Shown piece by piece: positions 30,689 to 41,000 of a stretch of DNA of 64,000 nt. How positions within the stretch are numbered: the first letter of the stretch is position 1; every line of letters begins with the position of its first letter. Under the pieces are notes generated by a model. The model ran no database searches. It had not been told where the DNA came from and was given only the letters and a program-made list of their open reading frames with translations. A program made the translations under genes and the position numbers. Source of the DNA: an uncultured Trueperaceae bacterium (GTDB lineage: Bacteria; Deinococcota; Deinococci; Deinococcales; Trueperaceae); assembly GCA_963727505.1 (NCBI GenBank), contig CAVSGP010000004.1:480001-544000 (forward strand), given 5' to 3'.

Positions 30689-31489
30689 CTAGAGTGTTGC
30701 GCCGGCCGTGCGTCGCGAGCCGGCCGAGCGCCGCAAGGTCTTCACGCTGTAGATCCCGAAGACGACGATGTACGCCACGGTGATGATCGCCACCAAGGTG
30801 GTGTGGTCGGGACCGTTGGCCACGCCGCCGTCGGAGATGAAAGCGAACAGGTCGGTGGCGGCATGCGCGGCGATGATCGGCAGCAAGCGCCCGCCCGCCT
30901 CGAGGCCGGCGGCGAACGCGCAACCCAGCGCGAAGGCATAGAGGACCTGCAGCAGCGTGACCAGGAGGCCAGCGCCTTGCGTGATGTTCAGCAGGTGCAC
31001 CAAGCCGAACACGAGCGCCGAGCCGATCACCGCGCGGCCGACGCCGAACCGGCGGAGCGCGGCGTACAGCACGCCCCGGAACAGCACCTCTTCGGTGACG
31101 CCGACGAGGAGCGCCAGCAGCGCGAAGACGAGCACGCGCCCGGGCGCCCAACTGCCGCCGAAGCGCAACGCCAGCGCGAGCGTCACAGCCGCAGGCAGGA
31201 ACAGCGGGGCGGTGAGCGCGAAGGCGCGGCGCCAGGGTTGCGGCTCGACCCCGGCGGCCCGCAGGCCGCCCCGCCGCGCCAGCACCAGCAGCCCGGCCAG
31301 CGCCAGAGGCACATCGGCGAGCACGACCAGCAACGTCGACGACAGGTCGAGCATCCGAACGATGACGCCGACGGCGGGGATGTAGACGACGATGATGGCG
31401 ACCAGGAGCACGATGGCGAACCGTGCCGGCCGCCGCGCGGAGGGACGGTCGCATTGCGCTTCAGAGCGCGCGGAGTTCGATGTGTTCAT
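30689..31489 (-). CDS. CPBP (CAAX/Abi) family intramembrane metalloprotease
   Basis: EEVLFRG, FGLVH, AHAATD; multiple transmembrane helices. Confidence 0.85.
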   Translation of the reverse strand: MNTSNSARSEAQCDRPSARRPARFAIVLLVAIIVVYIPAVGVIVRMLDLSSTLLVVLADVPLALAGLLVLARRGGLRAAGVEPQPWRRAFALTAPLFLPAAVTLALALRFGGSWAPGRVLVFALLALLVGVTEEVLFRGVLYAALRRFGVGRAVIGSALVFGLVHLLNITQGAGLLVTLLQVLYAFALGCAFAAGLEAGGRLLPIIAAHAATDLFAFISDGGVANGPDHTTLVAIITVAYIVVFGIYSVKTLRRSAGSRRTAGATL

Positions 31490-32077
31490 GAAGCCCCCCA
31501 AGGCCTCGGTTGGCGCGCGATGAGGCCCGCGGCAAGAGGCCCGACGACGGTGTCCCCCGCGGCCTCGTTGGAGCGCCCACCAAACGGGCAGAAGGCTGCG
31601 AGGGCATGGCTCACGGGTCGTCTTGACGCAGTTAGCCCCGCCAAAGACGCGCGAACCTCGCAAACCCTAGCACCGGACCGCTGGTATAAATGACCCGCTA
31701 CCCCTGCAACAAGCGCATGGCACCGCAGACGCCGGCGAAGTCGGGTCGGGCGCGTCGCACCGAGCCTGAAGCGTTTCGGACCGAGGTACCGACGCCAGAC
31801 CCCGCCACACTGCTGCCGACAAGAACTCTCCATGTGTGCAGTGGACCTGCAAGGACTCGAAGTTCCGCCAATTGGACCTGAGGCAGCGTCCAGGGACATC
31901 GCAACTCTCGGGGGAACGCCACTGTCAACGTCACCGGCGAAGCACACAGGCTTGGTCAACGACGCCAAACCGCGCCGCGTAGAGCGCCGCCGAGACCGTT
32001 CCCGGCTGCTGCCGTGAGGTCCACGAATCGGTGCTGGGCCGCCCTCACAAGAACGAATACCGGCGGCGCTCAAGACG

Positions 32078-32101
32078 TGGAGGCCACCGAAGTGGCCTCC
32101 A
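32078..32101 (-). terminator. Hairpin downstream of the secreted repeat protein gene
   Basis: TGGAGGCCAC-cgaa-GTGGCCTCCA. Confidence 0.5.
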
Positions 32102-32137
32102 ACGGATCCTCTGGGTCAACGCACCAGGTCGGCGCTC

Positions 32138-33613
32138 CTAGGGCGTCACCTTGAACGCATACCTGAAGTGGAAGCCCTTCGGGTGGTCCTGCCACGTCAC
32201 GATGGCGGCGGTGTAGAGGAACGGTGCCTCTTGAGCCTCGCCGTAGTTCTTGTTCCGATAGAACGAGGGGTAGAGATCGATGACGTGCCACCCCGGTGCC
32301 CAGGATGCGATGAGCGGCACGCTCAGGTGGCCGTCGGCGTAGGAACCGCACGCGTAGCCGACGTAGGCGTTGTCCACCACGACAGCGAAGATGTTGTCGA
32401 TTTCCGTCCAACCGATCCCCTTGACCGCCAACTCGATCTCCGTGCCCTGGGGGCCCGACACGGGCGTGATCGGCTCGCCGCTCCGGGCGATGGCGAACAC
32501 ACCGGTCGCAACGTCTTCTCCGTCTACGGACGCGACCAACCGATGGTCACCGCCGAGCACGTCCGGCATGGGGGCGGTCGCCGTGAAGGCTCCTCGAGCA
32601 TCGGTCGTGACGGTCAGGAGGGGCTTGCTCACGTAGTCGAAGCCCTTGGCCGTGACTCCCGATCCCGTCGTATCCCGGAACGTAAGCTTCACGGTCGCGT
32701 TCGCCGGCAAGCCGGAGCCGTGAACCGTCTCCCGGGTCCCGACCGTCGCTCGACTCGGATCCATCCAGACCTTCGGTCCGGGACCGGAGGGCGGCCCGGC
32801 ATGCTCGGGAGGATTGGATTGCTCCGCCACGGGTGGCGGCAGCACCGCCGGCGCGTCCGTCACCGCGAACCAGAACTTCGGTTCCGGCATGAAGGCGTAC
32901 GGCGACGATTTGAGATTCAGGAAGGGCTCCTCCGGGAAGATCGAGCTGCGCAGGATGATCAAGTGGCGACCGGGCGCCCCTGCGGCCGGAATCGTAATGT
33001 GAGCCGTTCCGTGGGTGGTGATGGTGGTGATCATGCCCGTGGGATGGTTGTCGTAGGTGACCTCGTACCACCCAGCGATGTCGTGGATCTGGTTCAGGCC
33101 CGTGAAGGTGAGGTGGATGTCCGACCCTACGGGGCCGCTCGCAGGTTCCATGGTGGCGCTCGCTGTGACCTGCACGCCAACCTTGTTGATGGCCGTATCA
33201 CCGTCCTTCACGTACACGTCGTGACCGCCGCCGAACCCCTCCGGCACCTCGAACCCGAAGTGGAAGGCGCCGTTCGAATCCGTGGTCACCGAACCCAGTT
33301 GCGTGGTCGTCGGCTTGAAGGTGCGACCGAAGAAGTCGTTCCGGGTATAGATGCCGTCGTCCTTCTTCAGCAGCCAGGAACCTTTGTAGCCGTCCCAAAC
33401 GATCCTGAGGACGGCTCCAGGCGCGAAGCCACTGCCGGAGAGGTTGACCCGTTGTCCCACGACGGCGTGCTCCGGATTCGCGCTCACCGTCCCCACAAAG
33501 GGCGTGGATGTCGTGCTCTGCGCGTTGACCCCACTCAGTAGCAGTAGGAGCGCGACGACCGCCGGCACCACAAGCACCAGGCGACCTCTGGAGTCGATTC
33601 TGTTTCTTGGCAT
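32138..33613 (-). CDS. Secreted protein with an internally duplicated two-domain Ig-like unit
   Basis: Signal peptide; repeated motifs SGSGFAPG/HGSGLPAN, TTDSNGAF/TTDARGAF, PASGPVG/PVSGPQG, APGRH/APGWH. Confidence 0.75.
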   Translation of the reverse strand: MPRNRIDSRGRLVLVVPAVVALLLLLSGVNAQSTTSTPFVGTVSANPEHAVVGQRVNLSGSGFAPGAVLRIVWDGYKGSWLLKKDDGIYTRNDFFGRTFKPTTTQLGSVTTDSNGAFHFGFEVPEGFGGGHDVYVKDGDTAINKVGVQVTASATMEPASGPVGSDIHLTFTGLNQIHDIAGWYEVTYDNHPTGMITTITTHGTAHITIPAAGAPGRHLIILRSSIFPEEPFLNLKSSPYAFMPEPKFWFAVTDAPAVLPPPVAEQSNPPEHAGPPSGPGPKVWMDPSRATVGTRETVHGSGLPANATVKLTFRDTTGSGVTAKGFDYVSKPLLTVTTDARGAFTATAPMPDVLGGDHRLVASVDGEDVATGVFAIARSGEPITPVSGPQGTEIELAVKGIGWTEIDNIFAVVVDNAYVGYACGSYADGHLSVPLIASWAPGWHVIDLYPSFYRNKNYGEAQEAPFLYTAAIVTWQDHPKGFHFRYAFKVTP

Positions 33614-33993
33614 GTTCGGATGCCCCCATTCGTTGGTCTCTGCGCGACCGTACGTCGGTCGATCATCGCTTCATGGGTCCTAATGTCCCAAGGGACAAAC
33701 AACCCCCCTCCCGAACCCCTGCACGTACACCCGCGCCCACCACCACGCGCACACGCGCCACCCGCGCCGAAGGAGCATCCAACACTCGAGCAACTGTCGC
33801 CCAATTCACGCCAATCCCGATTGCCACAACCTCGGCCCGCTCGCCCGCTTCCCACACCAAAGGGCCGCACTACCCGACCTCTGAACCGATGCAGGATGAA
33901 CCGCACTGGGTTTGATGGAGGCCCCGTCCCCCACCGACCGACACGCCTCGCCCGCGTGCGTCGCTAGACTGGGCCGCGAAGGGGGGCCCCTAC

Positions 33994-34704
33994 ATGAACG
34001 AGCGGCCTTCGAACGACACCTCTCGCGTCGCGCTGATCACGGGAGCCGCCGGTGGCATCGGCTCCCGCATGGCACGACGCTTCGACGCCGACGGCTGGCA
34101 GCTAGCGCTGCTCGAGCGCCCTCACAACCTCGACGCGGTGCGCGAAGCGTTCCCCGACGCCCTCGTGATCGGCGTCGACCTCACGGCCGCGGACGACACC
34201 GCCAGTGCGGTAGGAACCGTCCTGGAGAGCCGGGGGCGTATCGACGCACTCCTGAACATCGTCGGAGCCTTCGGCATGCAGTCGGCGCTCGAGGCCGATG
34301 ACGGCGTCCTGGACCGGCAGCTCGACCTCAACCTGCGGACCGCCGTCCACGCCACGCGGGCCGTGTTGCCGGCGATGCTCGAGCGCGGCAGGGGCTTCGT
34401 GATGGGAGTCGGGGCGGCGACGGTCGTGCGGGGCAGCGCCCGCATGCCGGCCTACGGCGCCGCCAAATCGGCGCTGGCGGGATATCTCCGAGGCGTGCGC
34501 GCCGAGGTGGAGCCTCAGGGGATCGGCGTAGGCCTGCTCGTGCCCATGGGCACGGTGGACACCCCCGCGAACCGCGATGCGATGCCCTCAGCCGACCCGG
34601 CCTCGTGGATCGATCCCGACGAGCTCGCGGCCGCGGCGGCGTTCCTCGTCGGGCGCAGCGCACGCGGCCGCGTGCGCGAGCTGCGGGTGTACGCCTCCGG
34701 CTGA
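33994..34704 (+). CDS. SDR-family oxidoreductase
   Basis: TGAAGGIG and YGAAK. Confidence 0.9.
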   Translation: MNERPSNDTSRVALITGAAGGIGSRMARRFDADGWQLALLERPHNLDAVREAFPDALVIGVDLTAADDTASAVGTVLESRGRIDALLNIVGAFGMQSALEADDGVLDRQLDLNLRTAVHATRAVLPAMLERGRGFVMGVGAATVVRGSARMPAYGAAKSALAGYLRGVRAEVEPQGIGVGLLVPMGTVDTPANRDAMPSADPASWIDPDELAAAAAFLVGRSARGRVRELRVYASG

Positions 34705-34735
34705 ACGCGCCACGCCCGAGGGCCACGCCTCCCGT

Positions 34736-36316
34736 TCAGGCCAGGGCGTCCTCCCCGTGGGTGACGGCGCCCCCCTTGAGCGTCGCCACCACGGCGAGAT
34801 CGTCGAGCGTGCGGATGGGATCGTGCGACAGCACGACCAGGTCGGCGTCGAAGCCGGGCGCCAGGCGGCCCGAGCGGTCCTCGCGGCCGATGGCGTGGGC
34901 CGCGCCGCGCGTGTAGGCCTCGAGGGCCTGCTGCACCGTGAGCCGTTCGCCGGCGTTGAGCACGCTGCCGTCCACCCCGCGGCGCCCGGTCGCCGCGCGC
35001 AGGCCCCCGATCACGTCGGGATCGGCCACTGGCGTGTCCGAGCCGAACGCCAGGGTGGCGCCGCTGGCCAGCAACGAGGCGAAGGCGTAGGCGCGGTCGC
35101 TGCGGTCTGCCAGGGTGCGCAGGATGGTGGGCACGTCGAAGGTGAGGTGGAGCGGCTGCGCCGACGCCGTCACGCCGAGCGCGCCGAAGCGCGGCAGGTC
35201 GTCGGGGTGGAGGTGCTGGGCGTGCTCGATGCGTGGTCGCAGCCCGGCCGCCCGCCACGACGGAGCGGCCGCTTCGAGCGCGTCGAGCACCGCGCGGTTC
35301 GCGGCGTCGCCGATCGCGTGGATGACCGGCGTGAGACCGGCGCCGATGGCCAGCGGCAGGCGCCGCGCCAGGACCTCGGGGCCGTCGACGGCCACGCCGA
35401 CGTCCTCGCCGCGACCGGCGTAGGGATCGAGCATCCAGGCCGTGAGGCTGCCCAGCGCACCGTCGGCGAAGAACTTCGCTCCCCCCACCGTGAACGATCC
35501 GCCGCCCTGACCCGTGGCAAGCCCCAGCGCCGCGGCCTGCTCGATGTGTTCCTGGCCGATGCACGCCCACACCCGCAGCAGGTAGGCGCCCTTCGACGCT
35601 GCGTCGGCCGTCGCCCGCCAGTAGGACGCCGGCTCGTAGGCCATGTCGTGCACCGTCGTCACGCCGCGGGCGGCCAGGTGCTCGCCCGCGCGCTGCAGGG
35701 CGCGTGCGAGTTCGCCCACGTCGGGCTCGGGCAGTCGGGCGGCCAGCAACGCCATGGCATGTTCCAGCAGGAGCCCCGTCGGCTCGCCGTGGTGGTCGCG
35801 TTGGATCACGCCCTCCGGAGGATCGGGCGTCGTGCGGTCGATGCCCGCCAGGCGCAGCGCGTGCCGGCTTCCCCACAGGCTGTGGTGGTCCTGGCTCCGT
35901 AGCGCCACCGGCCTGCCCGCCGACGCCCGCTCGAGGGCGTCGGCCTCGGCCGGGCCGATGCCCTCGAGCCCCAGCCGCTCCAGCGCGAAACCGTTGCCAA
36001 GGAGCCAGGCATCCGCCGGCAGGGCGTTGGCGCGCGTCTCGACCCGCTCCAGTAGGACGTCGAGCGAGCGCACGTCCTTCAGGTCGAGCTGGGCGAGCTC
36101 GAGGCCGTGCGCGGCCAGGTGCACGTGCGCGTCGTGGAAGCCCGGCAGCAACGTTCGCTCGCCGAGCTCGACGACCCGGGTGCCCGGTCCGGCCAGCGCC
36201 TCGGCCTCGTTGTCGAGCGCCACGATCTGCCCGCCGGTGACGGCCAGCGCGTGCGATCGCGGGCGCGCACCGTCCATGGTGAGGACGGTTCCCTCGAACA
36301 GCCAGTCGGCGCTCAC
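34736..36316 (-). CDS. Amidohydrolase (YtcJ-like, Amidohydro_3)
   Basis: PGFHDAHVH, KFFADGALG, HAIGD, RIEHAQ, GSD. Confidence 0.9.
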   Translation of the reverse strand: MSADWLFEGTVLTMDGARPRSHALAVTGGQIVALDNEAEALAGPGTRVVELGERTLLPGFHDAHVHLAAHGLELAQLDLKDVRSLDVLLERVETRANALPADAWLLGNGFALERLGLEGIGPAEADALERASAGRPVALRSQDHHSLWGSRHALRLAGIDRTTPDPPEGVIQRDHHGEPTGLLLEHAMALLAARLPEPDVGELARALQRAGEHLAARGVTTVHDMAYEPASYWRATADAASKGAYLLRVWACIGQEHIEQAAALGLATGQGGGSFTVGGAKFFADGALGSLTAWMLDPYAGRGEDVGVAVDGPEVLARRLPLAIGAGLTPVIHAIGDAANRAVLDALEAAAPSWRAAGLRPRIEHAQHLHPDDLPRFGALGVTASAQPLHLTFDVPTILRTLADRSDRAYAFASLLASGATLAFGSDTPVADPDVIGGLRAATGRRGVDGSVLNAGERLTVQQALEAYTRGAAHAIGREDRSGRLAPGFDADLVVLSHDPIRTLDDLAVVATLKGGAVTHGEDALA

Positions 36317-36323
36317 CGCGGCC

Positions 36324-37100
36324 TCAACGCCCGCGGAAGCGCGGGAGGCGCTTCTCCTGGAAGGCGGCGACGCCCTCGCGCACGTCTTCGCTGGCGGCCG
36401 CGCGCCCCTGCAGCTCGGCCTCCAGCGCGAGTTGCTGCTCGAGATCGTGCTGCAGCGAGGCGCGAAGCTCACGCTTGGCGAGCGCGAAGGCGTAGGTCGG
36501 GCCCTCGGCCAGCTCGCGCACGAAGCGCCACGCCTCCTCCGCGAAGGCGTCGGCGTCCAGGATCCGCTCGCCCAGTCCCAGCGCCAACGCCTCCTCCGCC
36601 TTGACGTGACGCCCCGCGTAGACCAGCTCGAAGGCGCGGCCCAGGCCCACCAATCGCGGCAACGCGTAGCTACAGGAGGCGTCCATGACCAGTCCGATGC
36701 CGGTGAATCCCACCGCGAAGCTCGCCTGGCTCGACAACAGTCGCAGGTCGCATGCCAGCGCCAGGCTCATGCCCGCGCCCGCAGCCACGCCGTTGACGCC
36801 GGCCACGACCGGCTTGGGGAGCGTCGCCAGGGCCCGCACGATGGGGTGGTAGCGGCGCTCGAGCAGGTCGCTGATGTCGGCGTCGACCGAGGTCTCTTCG
36901 AGATCGGCCCCGGCGCAGAAGCCGCGCCCCTCGCCGGTGAGCAGCACTGCCCGGACGTCGTCCTGGGCTGCGGGCCCCTCCAGCGCCTGCCGGAGCTCGT
37001 CGAGCATGGCCGGCGAGAGGGCGTTGAGCACGCGGGGCCGCGCGAGGGTGATGCGTAGCGCGTCGCCCGCGCGGTCGAGCTTCAGGTGGTCGAAGGCCAT
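36324..37100 (-). CDS. Enoyl-CoA hydratase/isomerase (PaaG-like)
   Basis: GRGFCAGADL, NGVAAGAG, LACDL. Confidence 0.88.
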   Translation of the reverse strand: MAFDHLKLDRAGDALRITLARPRVLNALSPAMLDELRQALEGPAAQDDVRAVLLTGEGRGFCAGADLEETSVDADISDLLERRYHPIVRALATLPKPVVAGVNGVAAGAGMSLALACDLRLLSSQASFAVGFTGIGLVMDASCSYALPRLVGLGRAFELVYAGRHVKAEEALALGLGERILDADAFAEEAWRFVRELAEGPTYAFALAKRELRASLQHDLEQQLALEAELQGRAAASEDVREGVAAFQEKRLPRFRGR

Positions 37101-37138
37101 GGAACCTCCCGTTCCTCGGTCGCGCCCGGCCGGGCGCC

Positions 37139-37483
37139 TCAGCGGGCGGCGGGCGGTCGACCGCTGGCGAGCGCCACCAGGCGCTCGTAATCGTCGGGCC
37201 AACTCCGGTCGTCGAGGGCCGCCCGGTTCCTGCGCACGGCGCCGCAGCTCCGACAGCGGTGGACGATGATCCAGCCCTTCTTACCGCTGTGCTCGGCCGC
37301 CACCGGCTCGAGCACGCCGCCACAGTCGCTGGCGCGGTCGCCGGGGTAGACGTCGACGTGGAGCGAATGCAGGCACACGGGGCAGTGGTTGCGGTAGCTG
37401 CCGTTGGCCAGCGGGGGCACCTCGGCCCCGCAGACCGTGCAGGTGAAGCCCTCGTTCGTCCCGCGGCCGATGAAGCGTCGCAC
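37139..37483 (-). CDS. RNHCP domain zinc-binding protein
   Basis: FTCTVCG, YRNHCPVCLHSLHVD, HRCRSCG. Confidence 0.88.
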   Translation of the reverse strand: MRRFIGRGTNEGFTCTVCGAEVPPLANGSYRNHCPVCLHSLHVDVYPGDRASDCGGVLEPVAAEHSGKKGWIIVHRCRSCGAVRRNRAALDDRSWPDDYERLVALASGRPPAAR

Positions 37484-37619
37484 GTGCCGACAGTCTACCC
37501 GCCAGCCCCGACCTCCGGGGAGTGCGATGGGCGGGCCGAGCCCGCGCGCCGGACATGCGGGCCCCACGCCACCGCCCTACAATGACCGTCGGTACCCTGG
37601 CATCCGGGGGCCGCGATCC

Positions 37620-39947
37620 ATGGAGCTTCTCGACGTCCACGACCTGACCTGCTACCGCCGGGGTGAACCTCTCTTCCGGCCGCTGGACCTGCACCTGACC
37701 GCCGGCATGCGTCTCGGCCTGGCCGGCCCCAACGGTGCGGGAAAGTCCACCTTGCTTCGCCTGCTGGCCGGCGACCTGATCCCGGACGAGGGCCGTGTGG
37801 CGCGGGCACCAGGGGTACGCGTCGCCCTGCTGCCGCAGGCGTCCGACACGGCCACGAAGGGCAGCGTGTGGGAGGTCGCCAGCTTCGGACTGGCGCCCGT
37901 GCGAGACGCCGAGGAGCGCCTCCGGAGCGAAGAGCGGCGGCTGGCCGCAGGGGAACCGCGCGCAGACGCGCTGGCCGAGGCGCTCGACACCTTCGAGCGG
38001 CTCGGCGGTTACCGCGCGGAGGCGGACTTGCGGGAGGTCCTGGCTGCCCTCGGGTTCGCCGAGGCCGACCACGACCGCCCGGCGGGCCGGCTATCGGGCG
38101 GCGAGCGTCGCCGCCTGGCCCTGGCCACGGCGCTGGCGGGAGGTCCCGAGGTCCTCCTCCTCGACGAGCCGACCAACCAACTGGACCTGACGACCCGGAG
38201 CTGGCTGGCGCAGCGCCTGGCATCCTGGCGGGGCGCGCTGCTGCTGGTATCCCACGACCGCAGCGTGCTCGAGGCGAGCACGAACGCCACCCTGTTGCTG
38301 GAGGCGGGCGCCTGGAAGCTCCGTCGCGGGCCCTACGGGCGCGCCCGGGAGGCCCGCGACCGCGAGCTGGTCGCGCTGCGCCGTCGCGACGCAGCGCGCG
38401 CCCGCGAAGCCGAACGGCTCCGCTCGATGGCGGCCGAGCTGGCCCAGCGTGGCGACCGCGCCGCGGCGCGGCGGCGGCGCGTGGCCCAACGGCGGCACGC
38501 CCTGCTCGAAGCCCAGGCGCCGCCGCCGGCCGGCGCGCAGGGAGTCGCCCTCGAACTGCGCACGCGCGGCCTGAAGGGCGTGCTGCTGGAGGGCCGGTCG
38601 CTGCGCCGTCACGGGCTGCTCGAGGTGCCCTTCGTCCACCTGCGGGCGGGGCAACGCGTCGCGCTGCTGGGCCCCAACGGCGCGGGCAAGAGCACGCTCC
38701 TGGGGTTGCTGGCCGGCGACCTACCCTCCGACGACCCCCGTTGCGAGCTCCGTTACGCCGCCGGCCTCCGGCTAGCGCGAGCGGGGCAGCTCGACCGGGG
38801 CCTGGAGCCGGGTGAGAGCGTACTGCGTCAGGTCGCGCAGGGGGTCGGGGAGGGCCGCGCACGCCAACTGCTGGCACAGGCGGGGGTGCCAGCGGATCGT
38901 TGGGACGCCCCGCCCGAGCAGCTCTCCGGAGGGGAACGGGCGCGCGCCGGACTGGCCCGCCTGGAAGCCCGCGAGGCCGACCTCCTGCTGCTCGACGAGC
39001 CCACCAACGATCTCGACCTGGCGGCCGTGGAAGCGCTGCATGACGCGCTCGAGCGTAGCTCGGCGGCCATGGTGGTGGCGACCCACGATCGGCGCCTGGC
39101 CGAGGCGCTCGCCGACGAGGTCTGGGTCCTCGAGGGGGGCACGCTTCGACGTTTCGACGACGTGCGTGCCTACCTGGCGGGCGAGGCGGGCGCCGCGCTC
39201 ACGGCGGAAGCGCCGCCGGCCGTGGACGCCGCGGCGCGCGCGGCGACCGCGGGCACGCCCGAGCTACCGTCTTCGGGCGGCGCGCGCGATCGAGGAGCGA
39301 GCGCGGTGGAGGCCTTGGAGGATGAGCGACGCGCGCTGGAGCGCCTGCTCGAGGACCCCATGAAACTGGCGCCACGCGAGCTCGAGCGGATCACGGAGCG
39401 GCGGGGCGCCCTCGAGGACCGCCTGGCCAGCGCCTATGACGCGCTGCTGGAACCGCCCGCGCCGCGCTTCCGCGTCCGCGAGCGCGGACTGGAGGTGGTG
39501 GCGGACCGCCTGGCCGACGATCTGCTGGTGATGCTCGTCCCGCCGGCAGATGCGCCCCGCGCCATGGACCTCTTGCTGCGCGGCGAAGCCGGCGACGCCG
39601 CCGCAGCGGCCGAGGCGGCGGAAGCCCCGTGGCCGTGGGCTCGCGTCCGTCGCGACGGTTCGGTGGCGCACGTCGCGCTGCACGAGCCGCGCAGCGCATG
39701 CCCGCTGCCGTGGGCGCGCGCCGCGCTGGCGGACGCCGCCGCCCGCTTCACCTTCACGTTGCTGGACGTCTCCGCGCTCCAGCTCTTCAGCCGCGAGACG
39801 CTCCCGGGCACGCGCCTCCAGGCCGCGGGTGAAGGCTGGTGGACCTGGACGCGCGCGGCGTTCGCGCGTCGCGAGGGGTTGCCGGCGGACCCTTCGGCAT
39901 CGACGACTCGGAAGCGCCGACGCGCAGGCGCGCAGCGACGGCCGTGA
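37620..39947 (+). CDS. ABC-F family ATPase with long C-terminal extension
   Basis: Two GPNGAGKST/LSGGE/LLLDEPTN cassettes, no transmembrane segments. Confidence 0.85.
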   Translation: MELLDVHDLTCYRRGEPLFRPLDLHLTAGMRLGLAGPNGAGKSTLLRLLAGDLIPDEGRVARAPGVRVALLPQASDTATKGSVWEVASFGLAPVRDAEERLRSEERRLAAGEPRADALAEALDTFERLGGYRAEADLREVLAALGFAEADHDRPAGRLSGGERRRLALATALAGGPEVLLLDEPTNQLDLTTRSWLAQRLASWRGALLLVSHDRSVLEASTNATLLLEAGAWKLRRGPYGRAREARDRELVALRRRDAARAREAERLRSMAAELAQRGDRAAARRRRVAQRRHALLEAQAPPPAGAQGVALELRTRGLKGVLLEGRSLRRHGLLEVPFVHLRAGQRVALLGPNGAGKSTLLGLLAGDLPSDDPRCELRYAAGLRLARAGQLDRGLEPGESVLRQVAQGVGEGRARQLLAQAGVPADRWDAPPEQLSGGERARAGLARLEAREADLLLLDEPTNDLDLAAVEALHDALERSSAAMVVATHDRRLAEALADEVWVLEGGTLRRFDDVRAYLAGEAGAALTAEAPPAVDAAARAATAGTPELPSSGGARDRGASAVEALEDERRALERLLEDPMKLAPRELERITERRGALEDRLASAYDALLEPPAPRFRVRERGLEVVADRLADDLLVMLVPPADAPRAMDLLLRGEAGDAAAAAEAAEAPWPWARVRRDGSVAHVALHEPRSACPLPWARAALADAAARFTFTLLDVSALQLFSRETLPGTRLQAAGEGWWTWTRAAFARREGLPADPSASTTRKRRRAGAQRRP

Positions 39948-40990
39948 GGGACACCAGGAGCGGGCGTCGCCGTACGGGCCGCCGGAGCACCGCCGCGGCC
40001 CTGACCGCGCTGGCGCTCGGCCTGGCGCTGGCCCTGATCCCCTGGCCGGAGTCCTGGGTGGAGCGGCTGTTCGCGCGTGGCCTCTTCCCCGTCGTCAGCC
40101 ACCTCCTCACCCCCTGGGTGGGCGCTGTTCCCTGGAGCGTGACGGCGACGTTGGCGCTCGGCCTGCTGCTGACGGTCCTGGCAAGCCTTCCGTCGCGCCC
40201 GGGCCGGCGCTTCCTGCGCCGCCGTCTGTTGCCCTGGACGGCGGCTGTGCTGGTCCTCGGCTTCATGCTGGTCTGGGGGCTGGCCTACCGTCGCGCCCCG
40301 CTGGCGACGCTGCTCGGCGTGCCGGATACGGCGCCCACCGGGGCCGAGCTCGCCACCGCGCAGGCGCGCTTGCTCTCGGCGCTCGCTCGATCGATCGACT
40401 CCGCGCCGCCGGAGCCGGCGGACGTCACCGCCGCCGCACGCTGCGTCGCGCGCGAGGTGCGGCGTGTGACCGGCAGCCGCGTCGCCGTGCCGCGCCGCGT
40501 CAAGCTGCTTCCCGCAGGGACCCTGCTGCGGCTGGGGTTCGCCGGCGTCACGTCGCCCTGGTTGCTCGAGCCGCACGTCGACGCCGGCTTGCCTCCGGTC
40601 GCCCGTCTCGCTACGGCCACCCACGAACTCACCCACAGCGCCGGCTTCGCTCGTGAAGCCGACACCGACGCGCTGGCCGTCCTCGCCGGCGTGCGCTGCG
40701 ACGACCCGGCGGTGCGCTACGCCCTGAGCCTCCACGCCCTCGACCTGCTGCTGGTATCGCTGCCGGACCCGGCACGCCAACGGCTGCTGGGCAGCCTTCC
40801 CCGGCGCGCGCTCGACGACCTGCGCGCCGCCTCCGCCGCCGCAGCACGCTACCGCGTTCCCTGGTTGCAGCACGCTGCGACCGCCACCTATGGCACCTAC
40901 CTGCGCAGTCGGGGCGTGCAGGCGGGCATGGCCGACTATGGACGGGCGACGACACTGGTGGTGCAAGCGCTCGCGCGCGGCACCCTGTGA
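39944..40990 (+). CDS. DUF3810-like membrane protein with a zincin motif
   Basis: Transmembrane helices, WGLAYRR, HELTHSAGFAREAD. Confidence 0.7.
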   Translation: MRDTRSGRRRTGRRSTAAALTALALGLALALIPWPESWVERLFARGLFPVVSHLLTPWVGAVPWSVTATLALGLLLTVLASLPSRPGRRFLRRRLLPWTAAVLVLGFMLVWGLAYRRAPLATLLGVPDTAPTGAELATAQARLLSALARSIDSAPPEPADVTAAARCVAREVRRVTGSRVAVPRRVKLLPAGTLLRLGFAGVTSPWLLEPHVDAGLPPVARLATATHELTHSAGFAREADTDALAVLAGVRCDDPAVRYALSLHALDLLLVSLPDPARQRLLGSLPRRALDDLRAASAAAARYRVPWLQHAATATYGTYLRSRGVQAGMADYGRATTLVVQALARGTL

Positions 40991-41000
40991 GGACGGTCGC

